Assembly: GCF_009914755.1 (NCBI RefSeq)
Contig: NC_060930.1
Source: the human T2T-CHM13v2.0 reference genome, Homo sapiens
DNA: 64,000 bases
Strand: one strand, 5' to 3'
Below, piece by piece: positions 14,190 through 27,461 of the stretch. The position numbers and the translations under genes were made by a program. Each line of letters begins with the position of its first letter. The stretch's first letter is position 1. The notes under the pieces are model-generated. The model searched no databases. It was not told the origin of the DNA and saw only the letters and a list, made by a program, of their open reading frames with translations.

Positions 14190-14515
14190 CTGGTGTAAGT
14201 CCTGGAATCCAAAGGCACAAAAGCATGAGAACCAGGAACTTCAATGTCCAAGGGCAGAAAGAGATGAATGTCCCAGTTCATAAAGACTGAAAAGAGGAAA
14301 ATTGGCATTTCTCTGTCTTATGTTCTATTTGAGCCCTCATCGGATTGGAGATGCCTGCCCTCATTGGTGAGGGCAGATCTTCTTTTCTTACTCTAACAAT
14401 TCAAAATGCTAATCTCTTCTGGAGATACTCTCACAGACACACCCAGAAAGAATGTTTCAGCAGCTACCTGGGCATCCCTTAGCCCAGTCAAGTTGACACA
14501 TAAAATTAACCACCA
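14190..14515 (-). mobile_element. MLT2 (ERVL) LTR fragment
   Basis: Ends CCCAGTCAAGTTGACACATAAAATTAACCACCA, the antisense of the MLT2 5' terminus. Confidence 0.8.
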
Positions 14516-15544
14516 TACCCATAAAGTGCATTCGGAACTCTGACCTCATCCTATGCCTTTTAGATGCTATTCTCTCCCCCTCATGTCATGTTTTTTATTC
14601 TGCTGTGTAGTTTGTGAAAAACAATTTTCTTAACTCCCATAATTAAGGCCATTTCATGGCATTTAATTTCCCCTATGGGATCTTACCATCATTGGATAGA
14701 ACATCCAGTGTGATGTGTTTTGTACCCTAGAACTGGACATATAGATTTCTGTTTTTACAAGTGATGCTAGATAAATCCTGTGGCATTTTAGATAATGGCT
14801 ATATGACCCTATTGGGAGCACCGTTTGCACTCAAATGATGAATTATCTTCCCCAATACAACTATGAGGAAATATCCCCCAAAATAAGCAGGACCAACTTT
14901 ATTTCAGGATTCTCATGTCTCCTATTCATTTGTTCATAATTTTCCAGAGAAATTAGATTTATTATTTCAGTGCTTATAACATCAGAGTTAGAAAGATAGA
15001 TAAAGAATCTATTCTTAGAGGAAGATAAAAATGAAATTGGGGCATAAGTAATGCTCACACATGAAAAGAGGTGAGTTATTCAGTACAGTCACTGGCTCTA
15101 TAAGATAGAAGAAACCCCATGGGTACTATCTGATAAGGACTAAGTAAAGAAACCGGCAAAGATGAGTGCTTGTGAGTGTTTGATGGGACATGATGTGGGG
15201 TAAGTGGATTTGCTGTTGTATTTTCCCTACTGCTTTAGCTCTTAGGTTTCGCAAATATCTGTTATAAAGAAAAGTATAACTACAGTATAAATTCACCAAG
15301 GAGCCATGTGGAATCCCGAAAATGACCTGGATGTGATCCTCTGACTGCATTCCATTCGTATTCCTCCACACTGGCAGTATTCCAGGACCTGAAAAACATG
15401 ACTTGCTGTGGAACTTGGCAAAATCCCCCTGGAGGAAGCTACTACTCATTGATTTAAAATGGACAGAAAAGCTGTTTCAAACACTTGCTTAAGCAGTTTT
15501 CCTCCTATTAATTTATCTACTTCTTACAATGATCCAGCGAAGTG

Positions 15545-15900
15545 GGTACCATCATCCATCTCATTTTATGTATGAAGAAACTGCCCTAGAGATATTAAAC
15601 TAGTAATAGATATAAATTCTAACCTAGAAATTCCATTTAAAAAAATTTATTCTGTCAGAGAGGGGAACAAAGATTTTAGTATCACAATATTGATTATTGT
15701 CTTATTACTAATACTCCCCATTAAGAAACAACCTAAGTGTCTCAAAAAAAGAAATGATTAAGAGCATTTGGTATTTTTATATGATGGCTACTATTCAGCC
15801 ATTATAACTTGCCTAGTTTACATAGCTAAGAGCTGTCAGAGCTGTGGTTTGAACCTAGGAATTTCTTTTTTGTAAAGTCCACACTTTTAACTATAGCCTG
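15545..15900 (+). mobile_element. MIR interrupted by a duplicated ~190-bp segment
   Basis: MIR core CATTTTATGTATGAAGAAACTG...AGAT upstream and AACTTGCCTAG..ACATAGCTA..GGTTTGAACCTAGG downstream of 15616-15807. Confidence 0.7.
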
Positions 15901-17333
15901 TCTCCAATCATATACAATACATCATATGATGTTAATAGCACAAAGAAAAATTTTAAAGAAATTTATTAGCTTGCATTTTATCTGTCTATTTACAGTGTTT
16001 TCTTGTTGCTTGAAATGACTAGTTCTCAATTTAGCAATATCCTGGGGATGAATTTAGGAATCCTATAGTCCCATTGCTACATATTTTACTTGGACTTACT
16101 ACTTACAGCAAAAGACTAAAAATACAATAGGGCAAGATACATTATTCTCTGTTGTTAAGCCATGTAGTCCAGTGAAAAGAAAATCAGGAAATATAGCCTT
16201 AATTCCTTCTATGACATTTCCCCTCATTCCTGAGCAAGCATGGTGCTTCCAGAAAAGCAATCATATTCGCAGCTATAGATGAAGTAACATAGGAGAGAAA
16301 TTTAGTCTGGATACTTCCTTGTGATGCTTTGCCTGACTATTTCCTTCAAAGTTTTAAGGACCAAACTCAGGAGTCCCTTCCTCCAGGAAGCCCCTTCCTC
16401 CCTCAGCTCTGCCTGATTATGTGCCACTCCTCCACACTCCCAGAGTGCTCTGCACTCTTCCATCCTTGCACTTGTTCTGTAATTGTTGGTTAATATGCCA
16501 AAGAACTGAGACTGAGCCTGATGAACTGTGCATGCCCCACAGCTTCCCAGTGAAGTTTACTAAATGAATGGATGAGTGAATGAGGGAATGTGGAGGACAG
16601 GAGGATGGAGAGATCCAGAGTTAAATTACCGTGTTAGGTTTTAAACTTTGGTATCTTCTGAGGACAAGGACTATGCTTCATTCATAGCACCAAGCTTGGC
16701 ACATTAGCCTTGTTCAATGTTCTGAGATAACTGTTGTTTAATATGCGAGGATGAAACTGTCACTATGTTAAATAAGGTGTATATATGAATGGTTTGCCTC
16801 AGGTGGAAGCTATGCCTTCCCAACAGCTTTTCTACCAACTCTTTTTATTCTTAGTAAAAATATCTGAAATGTTTCCAGGATGAGAGGTTGACATGTTTGA
16901 CAGAATGAATTTTGGAAAGAACAACTTATGTTTGGATAATAATGAATAGCCCAGTTCATCCTGTATCAAGTCCAGGTGGAGAAGCAGTGAGAGGAGAGAT
17001 TAAAAAGACAATTGTGGAATGCTCTAATAGCCACTCAGGCTGACTAATTTGTATCTTGTTCTGGAGACAAAAAGGAACCAAAGAAAGCTGTTGAGTTATA
17101 AAGTAACAAGAGCACATATTTACTATAAAAGAGATTTTTTAAAAAGACATTTAAACGAGTTTATTATCTGTTTGAAATAAGGTGCTGGATTTGGTAACTC
17201 TATTGGTAACCACTTTATTTCACCCTAAGAAACGTCTCAGTGCTTGGCATATTGTAGGAACTCAATAAATATGAGTACATGAATGACATCAGAAAATTAC
17301 CTAGTGCAATAAATAATAAGTAAATTCACCACT

Positions 17334-17481
17334 AAGTGTGGTGTCATGCACCTGTAGTCCCAGCTACTTGGGAGGCTGAGGTGAGAGGATTACTTGAGCC
17401 CAGGAATTGAAGCCCAGCCTGGACAACATAGTGAGAACCCCCCCCATGTCAAACAAAACAAAACAAAACAAAACAAAACAA
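17334..17481 (+). mobile_element. Free Alu monomer (FLAM-type) with (AAAAC)n tail
   Basis: Single-arm Alu sequence followed by an AAAAC microsatellite. Confidence 0.8.
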
Positions 17482-17646
17482 TTTTTAATAAGCCTTGTTG
17501 TTATAAAAAAATCAGAGGAATAATATTAATGTGTTTTTTGACCAAAAAGATAGAGTAGATAGGAAATGTAAGCTCAGTTTAATAATCTGAAGATGAATCT
17601 GATCAGTGATATATCAAGCTAGGAAAGAAAGGACAGTATAGGGGAG

Positions 17647-17840
17647 CAGTCAGCGAACGTTTTCTGTTAGAGCCAAATAGTAAATAATAAGCTATGCAGA
17701 CCACACACTGTCTCTATTGCATATTCTTCTTTGCTTTTTCTTTTTCTTCACAACTCTTTGAAAATGTAAAAACATTCTTAGCCCAAAGAGTATATAAACA
17801 CAGGCTTCACGCCAGATTTTGCCCATGACCTCTGCTCTAA
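17647..17840. mobile_element. MER58-like hAT MITE
   Basis: GTCAGCGAACGTTTTCTGT..AGCCAAATAGTAAATA and AATGTAAAAACATTCTTAGC motifs. Confidence 0.55.
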
Positions 17841-19179
17841 GACTTTGGGCCACTAATAAATCTTTTCTTGATTCTTCCCCACCCTTTTTGTTTATATAAT
17901 GATTAATCTCTTTTTATGGGTCACAGTAGATTTCAGATTTTGATAGGAACCCTTTAATTGTACTAAAAGTCAACATTAGTAACCTTATGAAAATATAATA
18001 AATAAATTAGTTAACCTCAGGGACAGAATCCCTCCCAAATAGGAAGCAAAGAAGCAAGAGAAATGTGGGTCTTTTAAAGGTCCTCATAAAGAAGGAGGAG
18101 AAAGAGACAGAGAAGATATGAAAACAGAAAGGGCAGCATCACAGGTGAAAACCAAGTTAACCCAGTGCTAGTTATTAAAAGCTCCCAAGTGTTTACTTTA
18201 AAAAGAAAATAGGGAATTAATTGTCTTGGCTGAATTTTGACCTGGAAATAAATACTCTTTCTTCTGATCCCATCCAAACAATCCCATTTCATAGAATCAT
18301 AGAATATATTTTCACAGGATGCTGTTTTATAATAAGGTATTTTAACTTATTTTATAAATCAGCTCTGAGTGAAGAAGCTGAACCACAAAACTGTATAAGT
18401 TTGCCCCAAATCAATTCCAGTTTCACAACTTATTTCATAAAAATAGTAGATGATAGAAAAAAGCAACCTATCCCTTGTCATAACATTTTAATAAACAGTG
18501 GGTTCACTGACCTCAACTTTTTGGAAAATGCTGTGGGCAAGAGAGAAGGTATTTTGGTTGGTGACCTTGATATTCCTCCTTGGATTGGCTGTTCAAAGAA
18601 AATAAATATAGAACTCAGATGTATTGTGGAGCTGGTGCCTTCCTTTCATCCTATTTTGAAAATTCTGAATATATATTCTTGAGTTGGTTGACCCTTCAGG
18701 ATGGTGTTGATACCCCGGAGTTTCTCTGGCCTAAGGACAGAAACAAGTGAGGACTAATATGATGGGATGCTTCGGAAGAAGCCCCCAAACCACGAATCTC
18801 TTTGAGGAGAGAGGTGATAGTGCTCCTGAGGGAATTTGAATTTCAAGGCCCTCCCTGGATTATTTTTTCAGTTCGAAACACTTAGAGAGGAGTGCAAATA
18901 AAATTTCTGAAAGCAAACAGCCTGAAGAACAGACTGATTATCACGAGAAATGTGGAAAAAGAGAATGGAGGAGAAATAGAGAAAAATATCCCCTGCTTAG
19001 AGCACTCTCCATTCTAAACTCATTTGTTATAGAGGTTGGTGATTTTAGCTTTTCTTTTCAGTGAAGGGCTCAAGTGCAGGTGTTTGTATAAATACATGGG
19101 TGACCCAGGTGGTTGATTAAGAGAAAAACCATAAAGAAGTTCAAGGCTTGCACTGGAAACTTTGAAGACACAATAGTAA

Positions 19180-19666
<487 letters not shown>

Positions 19667-20410
19667 CCGAATATCCTTTTGATTAGAGAAGAAGTATAGA
19701 TTCCTGGCAAATATCTGACTTCTCATCTGTCCTTCAAAAACCATTCAAGCATAGATGATTATTCTGAAATGCCCTTAAGCAGTAAGAAGCTATAAAGCTT
19801 TATCATAATAGCTTGAGAAAATAGCAGAGAATTGCTTTGAGGGTGTTGGAGATATGTCTTGAATAGAAAGGAGAAACGGGAAGAAAACATAAAACAGTAA
19901 GGGCAGAAGCTGTGGAAGAGAATGTAAGCGCAAGTCCTTCCTGGCTTGGCTTCTTCCCTGTCCCTTCTGGTCCTGTCACCAGCAGCATCACAGAGGGGGC
20001 CATGCTTTTCTGTTGCATGTCTTAAGGGTGCATTTAAAATTGCATGGACTAACTGAGCCATAGTAAACCAGGCTGAGACTTGGCTAAAGTCATATAGTCC
20101 AAAGGACTCCATGGAAGTAAGAATGACCTTCCTAGAAGCTGTCTAGAGCACAAAAGAGTAGGTTTTAATAGCCATTACTTCTGATTTGGGGTGAAAAAAG
20201 ATCCTTTAGGATTAATTAGATATTAGAATTTGTTTAAGTATACTGTAATACTTTGTTCAATTTATCAGTATTAACTTATTTAATTCATTTACAAATGAGC
20301 TAAGTGAAGCACAGAAAAATTCAGTAATGCCCCTAAAGTCACACAGCTGACAAGTGACAAAGCCAGAATTAAAATCCAGGCATTTTGACTGTAGAATTCA
20401 TGCTCTAAAC

Positions 20411-20622
20411 CAGGGCTTCTCAGCCTCGGCATTATTGTTGTTTCTGTCTGAACAGTTCTTAGTTGTGGGGCTGTCCTGTGCACTGCAGGATGTTGGCAGC
20501 CTCCCTGGCCTCTACCCATGAGATGCATAGCACCCACCCCCGAGTTATGACAACCGAAAATGTCTCCAGACATTACTAAATGTTCCCTGGGAGGGCGAAA
20601 ACTGACCCCCTGGTTGAGAATC
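20411..20622. mobile_element. MER20 hAT-Charlie element
   Basis: CAGGGCTTCTCAGCCTCGGCA..., AATGTCTCCAGACATT, CCCCTGGTTGAGAATCAC terminal motifs. Confidence 0.85.
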
Positions 20623-23600
20623 ACATCTCGCTCTGCTGCCTATCCTTGCTCTAGAGTGCCATTTTTTGGGGAAACCTTTCCAAATCCTCCTCCTCTGTCA
20701 AGGATGGGTCAAATGCCCCTCTGCGTTTCCATAGCATGTAATACTAATAGTTACTGATATTTATTGAGTTTTTACCATGTTCTAGGTGACACTTAGCTTG
20801 TCATATGTATTTGCTTGTTTAATCCTCACAAGAAACTTACCTGGTAGGCCTTACTATTACCTATTTCTACAAATGAGAAAATAGATTTACCAAAATCAAG
20901 ATCTGGCCCAGGGTCACAGAGCCAGGAGCGCCAAACCAGGATCCATATAGAGAAGTCTGTTGCTTTCCAGTGTGCGTGCTCTGAACCATCTGCTGTCTTC
21001 TTCTGTCAGTCCCTGGCTATATCTCGGCCTCCTCTACTGGTCTGTGAGTTCTTAGAGAGCAGAGACCAGTGTGTCCCTAACACCCACCACACAGCCCAGT
21101 AAGTGGCACACACTCAGCTCCATGTTTCTTAAGCAAGTAAATAGATTAAAACCTAGTAGCCCCAAAGGGGAAGATTGTGTAAAGCACACACAATTTCCCC
21201 TCACGAGGGAGGGCTCCCATTCCATTGGCAGGAAATGGAGTGTCCAGGACCTTGATGGGCTCTGATATCAGAATTTTCTGCAGTGGGAAAACTGTGAGAA
21301 TAATGTGGAATGTGTGTGTTTGAATGTTTTAAAGCATCTCTTTAAAATTAATTTAAATGGCTCGAGAGAGAGGACACAATTAAACAGACTGCTCATTCTT
21401 TCTAAAAACGAAAAAACATACAGATCTTTAGGATTACATATGCTCATCCTCAAATAATTTAATAAATTACATCATCCCAAATAAAATTTATAGGCAAATA
21501 TTATTCAATAAAATGTAACACAGAGGTAATAAAACTTACTAACATCTAGAAATGAAACGTTATGTTAAATATTAGAACCTCAGCACAGGAAAGGATGTAG
21601 AGATGGCTTCTGGGCCTTCAGGACAGGGCTGTTGCCAAATGCCTCATCACATACCAACTCATTGCTCCTCCCCAAGATCCTACCTACCTCTTCCTCAGCT
21701 GACAAGTTTGAAGAAAGAACATGTACCTTGGAGCTGTCACTGACTTGAGTCTTGGCTGTGCCACTTACTATATGAGTAATATTAGGCAAATCTCCACTTA
21801 GGTGGGTTCATTCCTTTATCTGCAAAATGGGAAAATTTGCATTATCTTTTTCTTGACTTTTTCACTGTGTTTTCATAAGGTTAAATAATAAAGAAACATA
21901 TTAGTTACATTTTAAAAAAAAATATTTCCTTCTATTTTAGCAGAGACTTTAATTCCACTGGCATGAGTGGAAGTGGTTACCAGATAGAATGTTTTTCAGG
22001 CAGCTTTATGAGAGCCATCATGGAGCTTCGTGTTCCTTTCTGGGCAGTTCTATTTTTGTGCTTGTCATCAATCCCCTTCCCAGTCACTACCAGCCAGAAA
22101 AAGGCATTGCTGGGGAGGGCACGAAACAACCACTTCTGGAGGCATTCATCCAAGGAGGGTTACACTGTGCTCTCTCCTGTCCCCAGCACCCACAGGTCCC
22201 GAGACTGAAGGAACTGTGACTGTTGGCCTTGAGGGAACAAGGGAACCATTAAGCTTGTGAGCAGAGGATGTCATTGAGACGCAGGAAGGGGTAGTCCAGT
22301 CTTGCTTGCTTTCATGGCTTAGATCAGGTGGTGGTTTATGAGCCAATTGTGTGCACATGTGCCTTCAGGCTTTTTTTTAGTCTGCACTCTTTGGGTAACT
22401 TCTTTTGCCACCATTAACTTGATTCTGGAGCCATTCCTTTTGCTTGGGCAAGGTCAGTTTTGCTGAACTTAAGAACAGTGATACTCTCCATTTCTCTTAC
22501 CCTTTCCTGCTTATTTCTCTTACCCTTTCCTGCTTTCTGCCTTACGTCATTCAAGATGAACTGGCGGTCTATTTGAATTTTTAAAAGGGAGGTTTTACAA
22601 CTTCTTTTCATGTCTAAGTACAGCACTCTGTTTTAGTGGGAGGATCTACAGCAGACTAGGAAATTGGCTAAGAGTCTTTGTTTCTGAAGAGATGGAAAAT
22701 CAGCTGTATATATTGTTAGAATTATAAAAATTATTTTTCTAGTTTCACATATACTGCTGTTTTTCTCAATAGAAGTTAAAGGATGTATTTACAATATTGC
22801 TCAACTCTGATGATTATTAGGATTTTTGGAATCTTAAAAATTTCTCTATATTGTGTTTTTTTTTTTTTTTTTTCAGAAGATACGGAGAAAGATCTTTCTT
22901 TTCTGGGAGATAATGATGAAAGGTGTTTGCATTCACACACAGGTACAGACCCAGGCAAAGCCTGCCACACAGTGTGTATCCAGGCCTTGGAATGGAGTTA
23001 CTTCTCTCCAAGTAAAAATTTTTTCTTCCCAAGAGAACATTCATTGTTATTGCCCTCAACTGGGAGTTGAGAGAGCCATTTCTTCTCCAGCTACCAGGAG
23101 ACTTGAACAAATCTCCTATTTATTTTCACATCCTGGGACTTAGAACCACCAATCCCTAGAGAAAGAAAAGAGAACATTGTGAAAAATTGTGTCACAAGGA
23201 TTAACTGCCAGGCAGAGGTTTACTGGCTCTTATTTCTCCCAATCTTATTGGAGAATTAGCAATCCAAACAAAGTCTAGGAATGCACCGGGGTTTTGTTAG
23301 TGGTTTTCATTCTGTGGGTTGTGACTGGTTAGCAAGTATTGAATCAACTTAGCCTGACTCACTTTGGTCTATGACTTCCCTGGATGGATATTCTGAAGCC
23401 AAAGCTGATTGAAGACACCCAGCCCAGACTAAGAAGCTCACTCCCATTTGATTAGATGTCCCAATTTCTATAGGCATATCTCTGAGAGTGTTTTTCAACT
23501 TGAGGTTGTGGTTCATTGTTTGTTAAATTCATTTAGTAGTTGGAAACTATGTTTTAAAAATGATAAAATAGAATACAATGGATCATTATAGAAAATATCA

Positions 23601-23655
23601 GAGTGCATCACACATAGCAAGGATAGGTATTATTTTATGAAACTTTGTTTCAGTT

Positions 23656-23657
<2 letters not shown>

Positions 23658-23694
<37 letters not shown>
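23658..23694. repeat. (AC)n microsatellite
   Basis: About 18 AC units. Confidence 0.95.
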
Positions 23695-23699
<5 letters not shown>

Positions 23700-24546
23700 T
23701 CCAAACACACATATATGTATTTCTGCACTGAGTCTCAATGTAAAATGTTTTACCAGTTATGGATCCCAATATAATAAACAAATGATAAAATCAGATGGGA
23801 CAGGGAAGAAGATGCAAAAAATGTCTTTACTAGGCTAGCAACTCTTTAGGCTCCCCAAGCCCACTTTCAAATCTGTAGTCTTCTTTTTATAGGCTGGTGG
23901 TGGATGATGCAGTAAAGGTTACATGCCTAGTTTTGCAATTTTATAACTAAGTTCCATGAGGAAGGCACTTAGTACCTTACTTTAGAATGTTAACAGTACA
24001 TCTCTCCTGTTACTTTCAGAATTGAGGTCTTAAATGAATTTTTCAGACAACAGAAATACAGAGACTATGCCAGGCACCAGCAGTACAAAATAAACAAAAC
24101 TCTTGGAATAGCTACCTGGTGGGGCAATTTTATAATGTCCTAGTAACTGCTTTCTCCACAGAAGGGAAGAGCCACTTTTCGAAGACAAGTAGAAGTGAGA
24201 ATTTCTGAAGTGGGCTCCAGGAAGCTGAAAGGGACAATTTTGGATGAGAGCAAGCAGCCATTTGTGAATTCTCACCGATAATTGCCTTCCTCATAGCCCA
24301 GACTAGAATTTGAAGCTTAAATGAATCATATTTAAGGAAACAAACTTAACTCACAGATAGGTAGAGGTGTTGACGTGGTGAACTCCCCAAAAAACTATTA
24401 GTCAAGCAAAGCTAAGTTTATAGGATCCCCTGCAGTAAAGGCAGATACCACTTTGACAGACTTCAGAGTGTGTCAGAGGGGAGGTCAGGAGAAGTTATTG
24501 GAAGGGTTTTGTTGTTTGGGATCAAGTGGTTTAAGATGGGTCTTTC

Positions 24547-24869
24547 AGCCAGGCGCGGTGGCTCATGCCTGTAGTCCCAGAACTTTGGGAGGCTGAGGTG
24601 GGTGGATCACGAGGTCAGGAGTTCAAGACCAGCCTGGCCAAGATGGTGAAATCCCGTCTCTACTAAAAATACAAAAAAATTAGCTGGGCGTGGTGGCAGG
24701 CACCTGTAATCCCAGCTACTCAGGAGGCTGAGGCAGAGAATTGCTTGAACCCAGGAGGCAGAGGTTGCAGTGAGCTGAGATCATGCCACTGCACTCCAGC
24801 CTGGGCAACAGAGCAAGACTCTGTCTCAAAAAAAAAAAAACAACACAAAACAAAACAACAACAAAAAAA
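24547..24869 (+). mobile_element. AluSg-like, full length
   Basis: GGATCACGAGGTCAGGAGTTC diagnostic, A-rich tail, GATGGGT..TTCA on both flanks. Confidence 0.93.
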
Positions 24870-25355
24870 CGATGGGTTGTTCAACACAAAGGACTGACTG
24901 AGAATTGGACAAATTTTATGTCATCATATAATTTGGATTGGTAGGTGCAACAAAGCGTGAGTTTTGAAGTGAGTCTTGGTAGTAAACTGCTGTTTGGTTA
25001 ACGAGCTGGTTCCTAGGTGAGCAGTCTATTGTCTCGGTAAGAGAACCGCTTCTCCATTTCAACAAACTCTTTGTCCAGACAGATGTACTTGCAGGAATTT
25101 ACACAGTCAAGTTAGTTATTGGTTATATACTTATTTTCCTAGGCAATAGTTTTCTGGAACAAATACTTAAGCATGTTGACTCATGAGTGAAAGGGTTTAC
25201 TTACCTTCATCACTGAGAAGTTGCTAAAAGTCAGAATCTCTAGCCATAAGTTAATTAGATTTGTTTTATAGTTAATTTCCATCCTGTCTAGTGTTTTTGG
25301 AATGTTGGAGTTATTAATGATGTGCTGTTAGTTACTACTAGTGTTTAGAAATTAG

Positions 25356-25739
<384 letters not shown>

Positions 25740-26631
25740 TTATTGAAAATTTCCATGTAAGATAGGGAAAATCAAGATAAAAATATAGTTATGTGTTTTA
25801 AAACGTAGTAGTATTGATAATTTATGTATTATCCAGCAGATTGCTTTTGATCAGTTAATAATCAGTTAAGAGATATATAAACATACTGTTAACAATTATA
25901 TAATTACATATAAAATATAATATTTATAAATATGTAACTATATTCATATTTGTACATGCAGTCAGTATTTTGGACTTATGATGAAATCAATGCACAGCTT
26001 TATTCTTGACTGCTGCCATCCCTTTAAACTTTATCACTGGGGATAATCCTCCCAGGCACTGGATGAAAGTTTGACAGAACCTATGACTGTCCTGCTTGCT
26101 CTTAGGCAACTGACATCCCTATGGTGACTTTAAGTGGCAAATCCAGGTTTACTTCTGAAATGCTGGTGATTGAGTTCTGAAATGTTGGTGTTCAGCTACA
26201 AATATTGTAGGTGGAAACTGGTAATTTTCATTAAAGTGGGTGGGTATAGTTCCCATGGCTCTTATTTTAAAGGACCAGGTCTGTCTCTAAGGGTTTGAGA
26301 CCTCCTTCCTATTTCTTCTCTTGTCTTCTGTTTTCCTCTGTTCTTCCCATAGTGTCTTCCCCACCTGTCTTTTCAATCTAGTCTTTAAGTAAGGGGTCAG
26401 GTGATCAACTCAACTGGTATTTTTAAAACTTATTTTTACTTCCTTTTGCTAAATCAATTTTTCCCAAATCTTTCTAAGATAAATCTTGTATCATGTCATA
26501 GAAGCAGTGTGGCATGTATGAGAATTAGCTAATAGAATTTAGAATCAGATGGATATGGGTATGAGGGCTCTGGTTCTTATTGCCTTTGTAAGCTGGAGAT
26601 AATATTTTGGAATAATGATATAAAAAATGAG

Positions 26632-26633
<2 letters not shown>

Positions 26634-26686
<53 letters not shown>
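26634..26686. repeat. (GT)n microsatellite
   Basis: About 26 uninterrupted GT units. Confidence 0.97.
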
Positions 26687-26687
<1 letters not shown>

Positions 26688-27461
26688 TAGAAAGAGAATG
26701 AATGAGAAATGCTATATGCCTGGCATAGTACTGGTGCAGTATAAACACTGGTATATGAAAACATTGGTATATGAAATATAAACACAATTTAGTTATTAAT
26801 TATTCTAGGAAATTACATTATTATTTGCATTTGAAATCCACAGATAATACAAGTATAATCAATTAATTGATCAAGTAGCTGGTGATATAATGAATGTTTT
26901 TCTTGTCCCAGCAGTGTGCAGCAGGTAAGAGTCAAAGATTCAGCATCCCTGTTCTCATCGAGCTCCCTGTTTTGTTAGAGAAATTAGACATATACAGAAA
27001 AACAATTAGATTATAGAACATTACAAAAGGGAGTATAATCAAAAGGTACATTTTGTGGAACAGGAAATGTTTTATAAGAACAGTGGCAAGACTGAACCAT
27101 TTACCTTTAGCTGATTGTCACTTTCCTTGTCATCTTCTCAGGTTTTAAGAAAATCAGTAGTTGTATTTCTTAGGAAGTATTAAGCTGCAAGTAGCACTAT
27201 TCTCAACTCAAGGTAACTAAATCAATGGGATTTCTTCTCTCACTTAAAAGTGAACCCAGGGTGGATAGTTCCAGGTGTGGCTATGTCAGGAGCATAACCA
27301 CATTATTGAGAATGAAGCTGCATTTTTTTCTTTCTGTTCAGGCATCCTCAGGCTTATACCCCTATGATAGTTGGCTGCCACAGTTCCAGACATCTTATAT
27401 TTCCTCCACCTCCATAGGCTGAACAATGTTCCCCCAAAAGATATCCACATCCTAATCCCTG

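Noticed and set aside
18221-18682. 153-aa plus-strand ORF
   Set aside because: TTG start, no recognisable motif or splice structure; consistent with chance.
22857-22948. Possible plus-strand cryptic exon after T17-CAG acceptor
   Set aside because: Only a weak donor (CAG|GTACAG) and no transcript evidence available from sequence alone.
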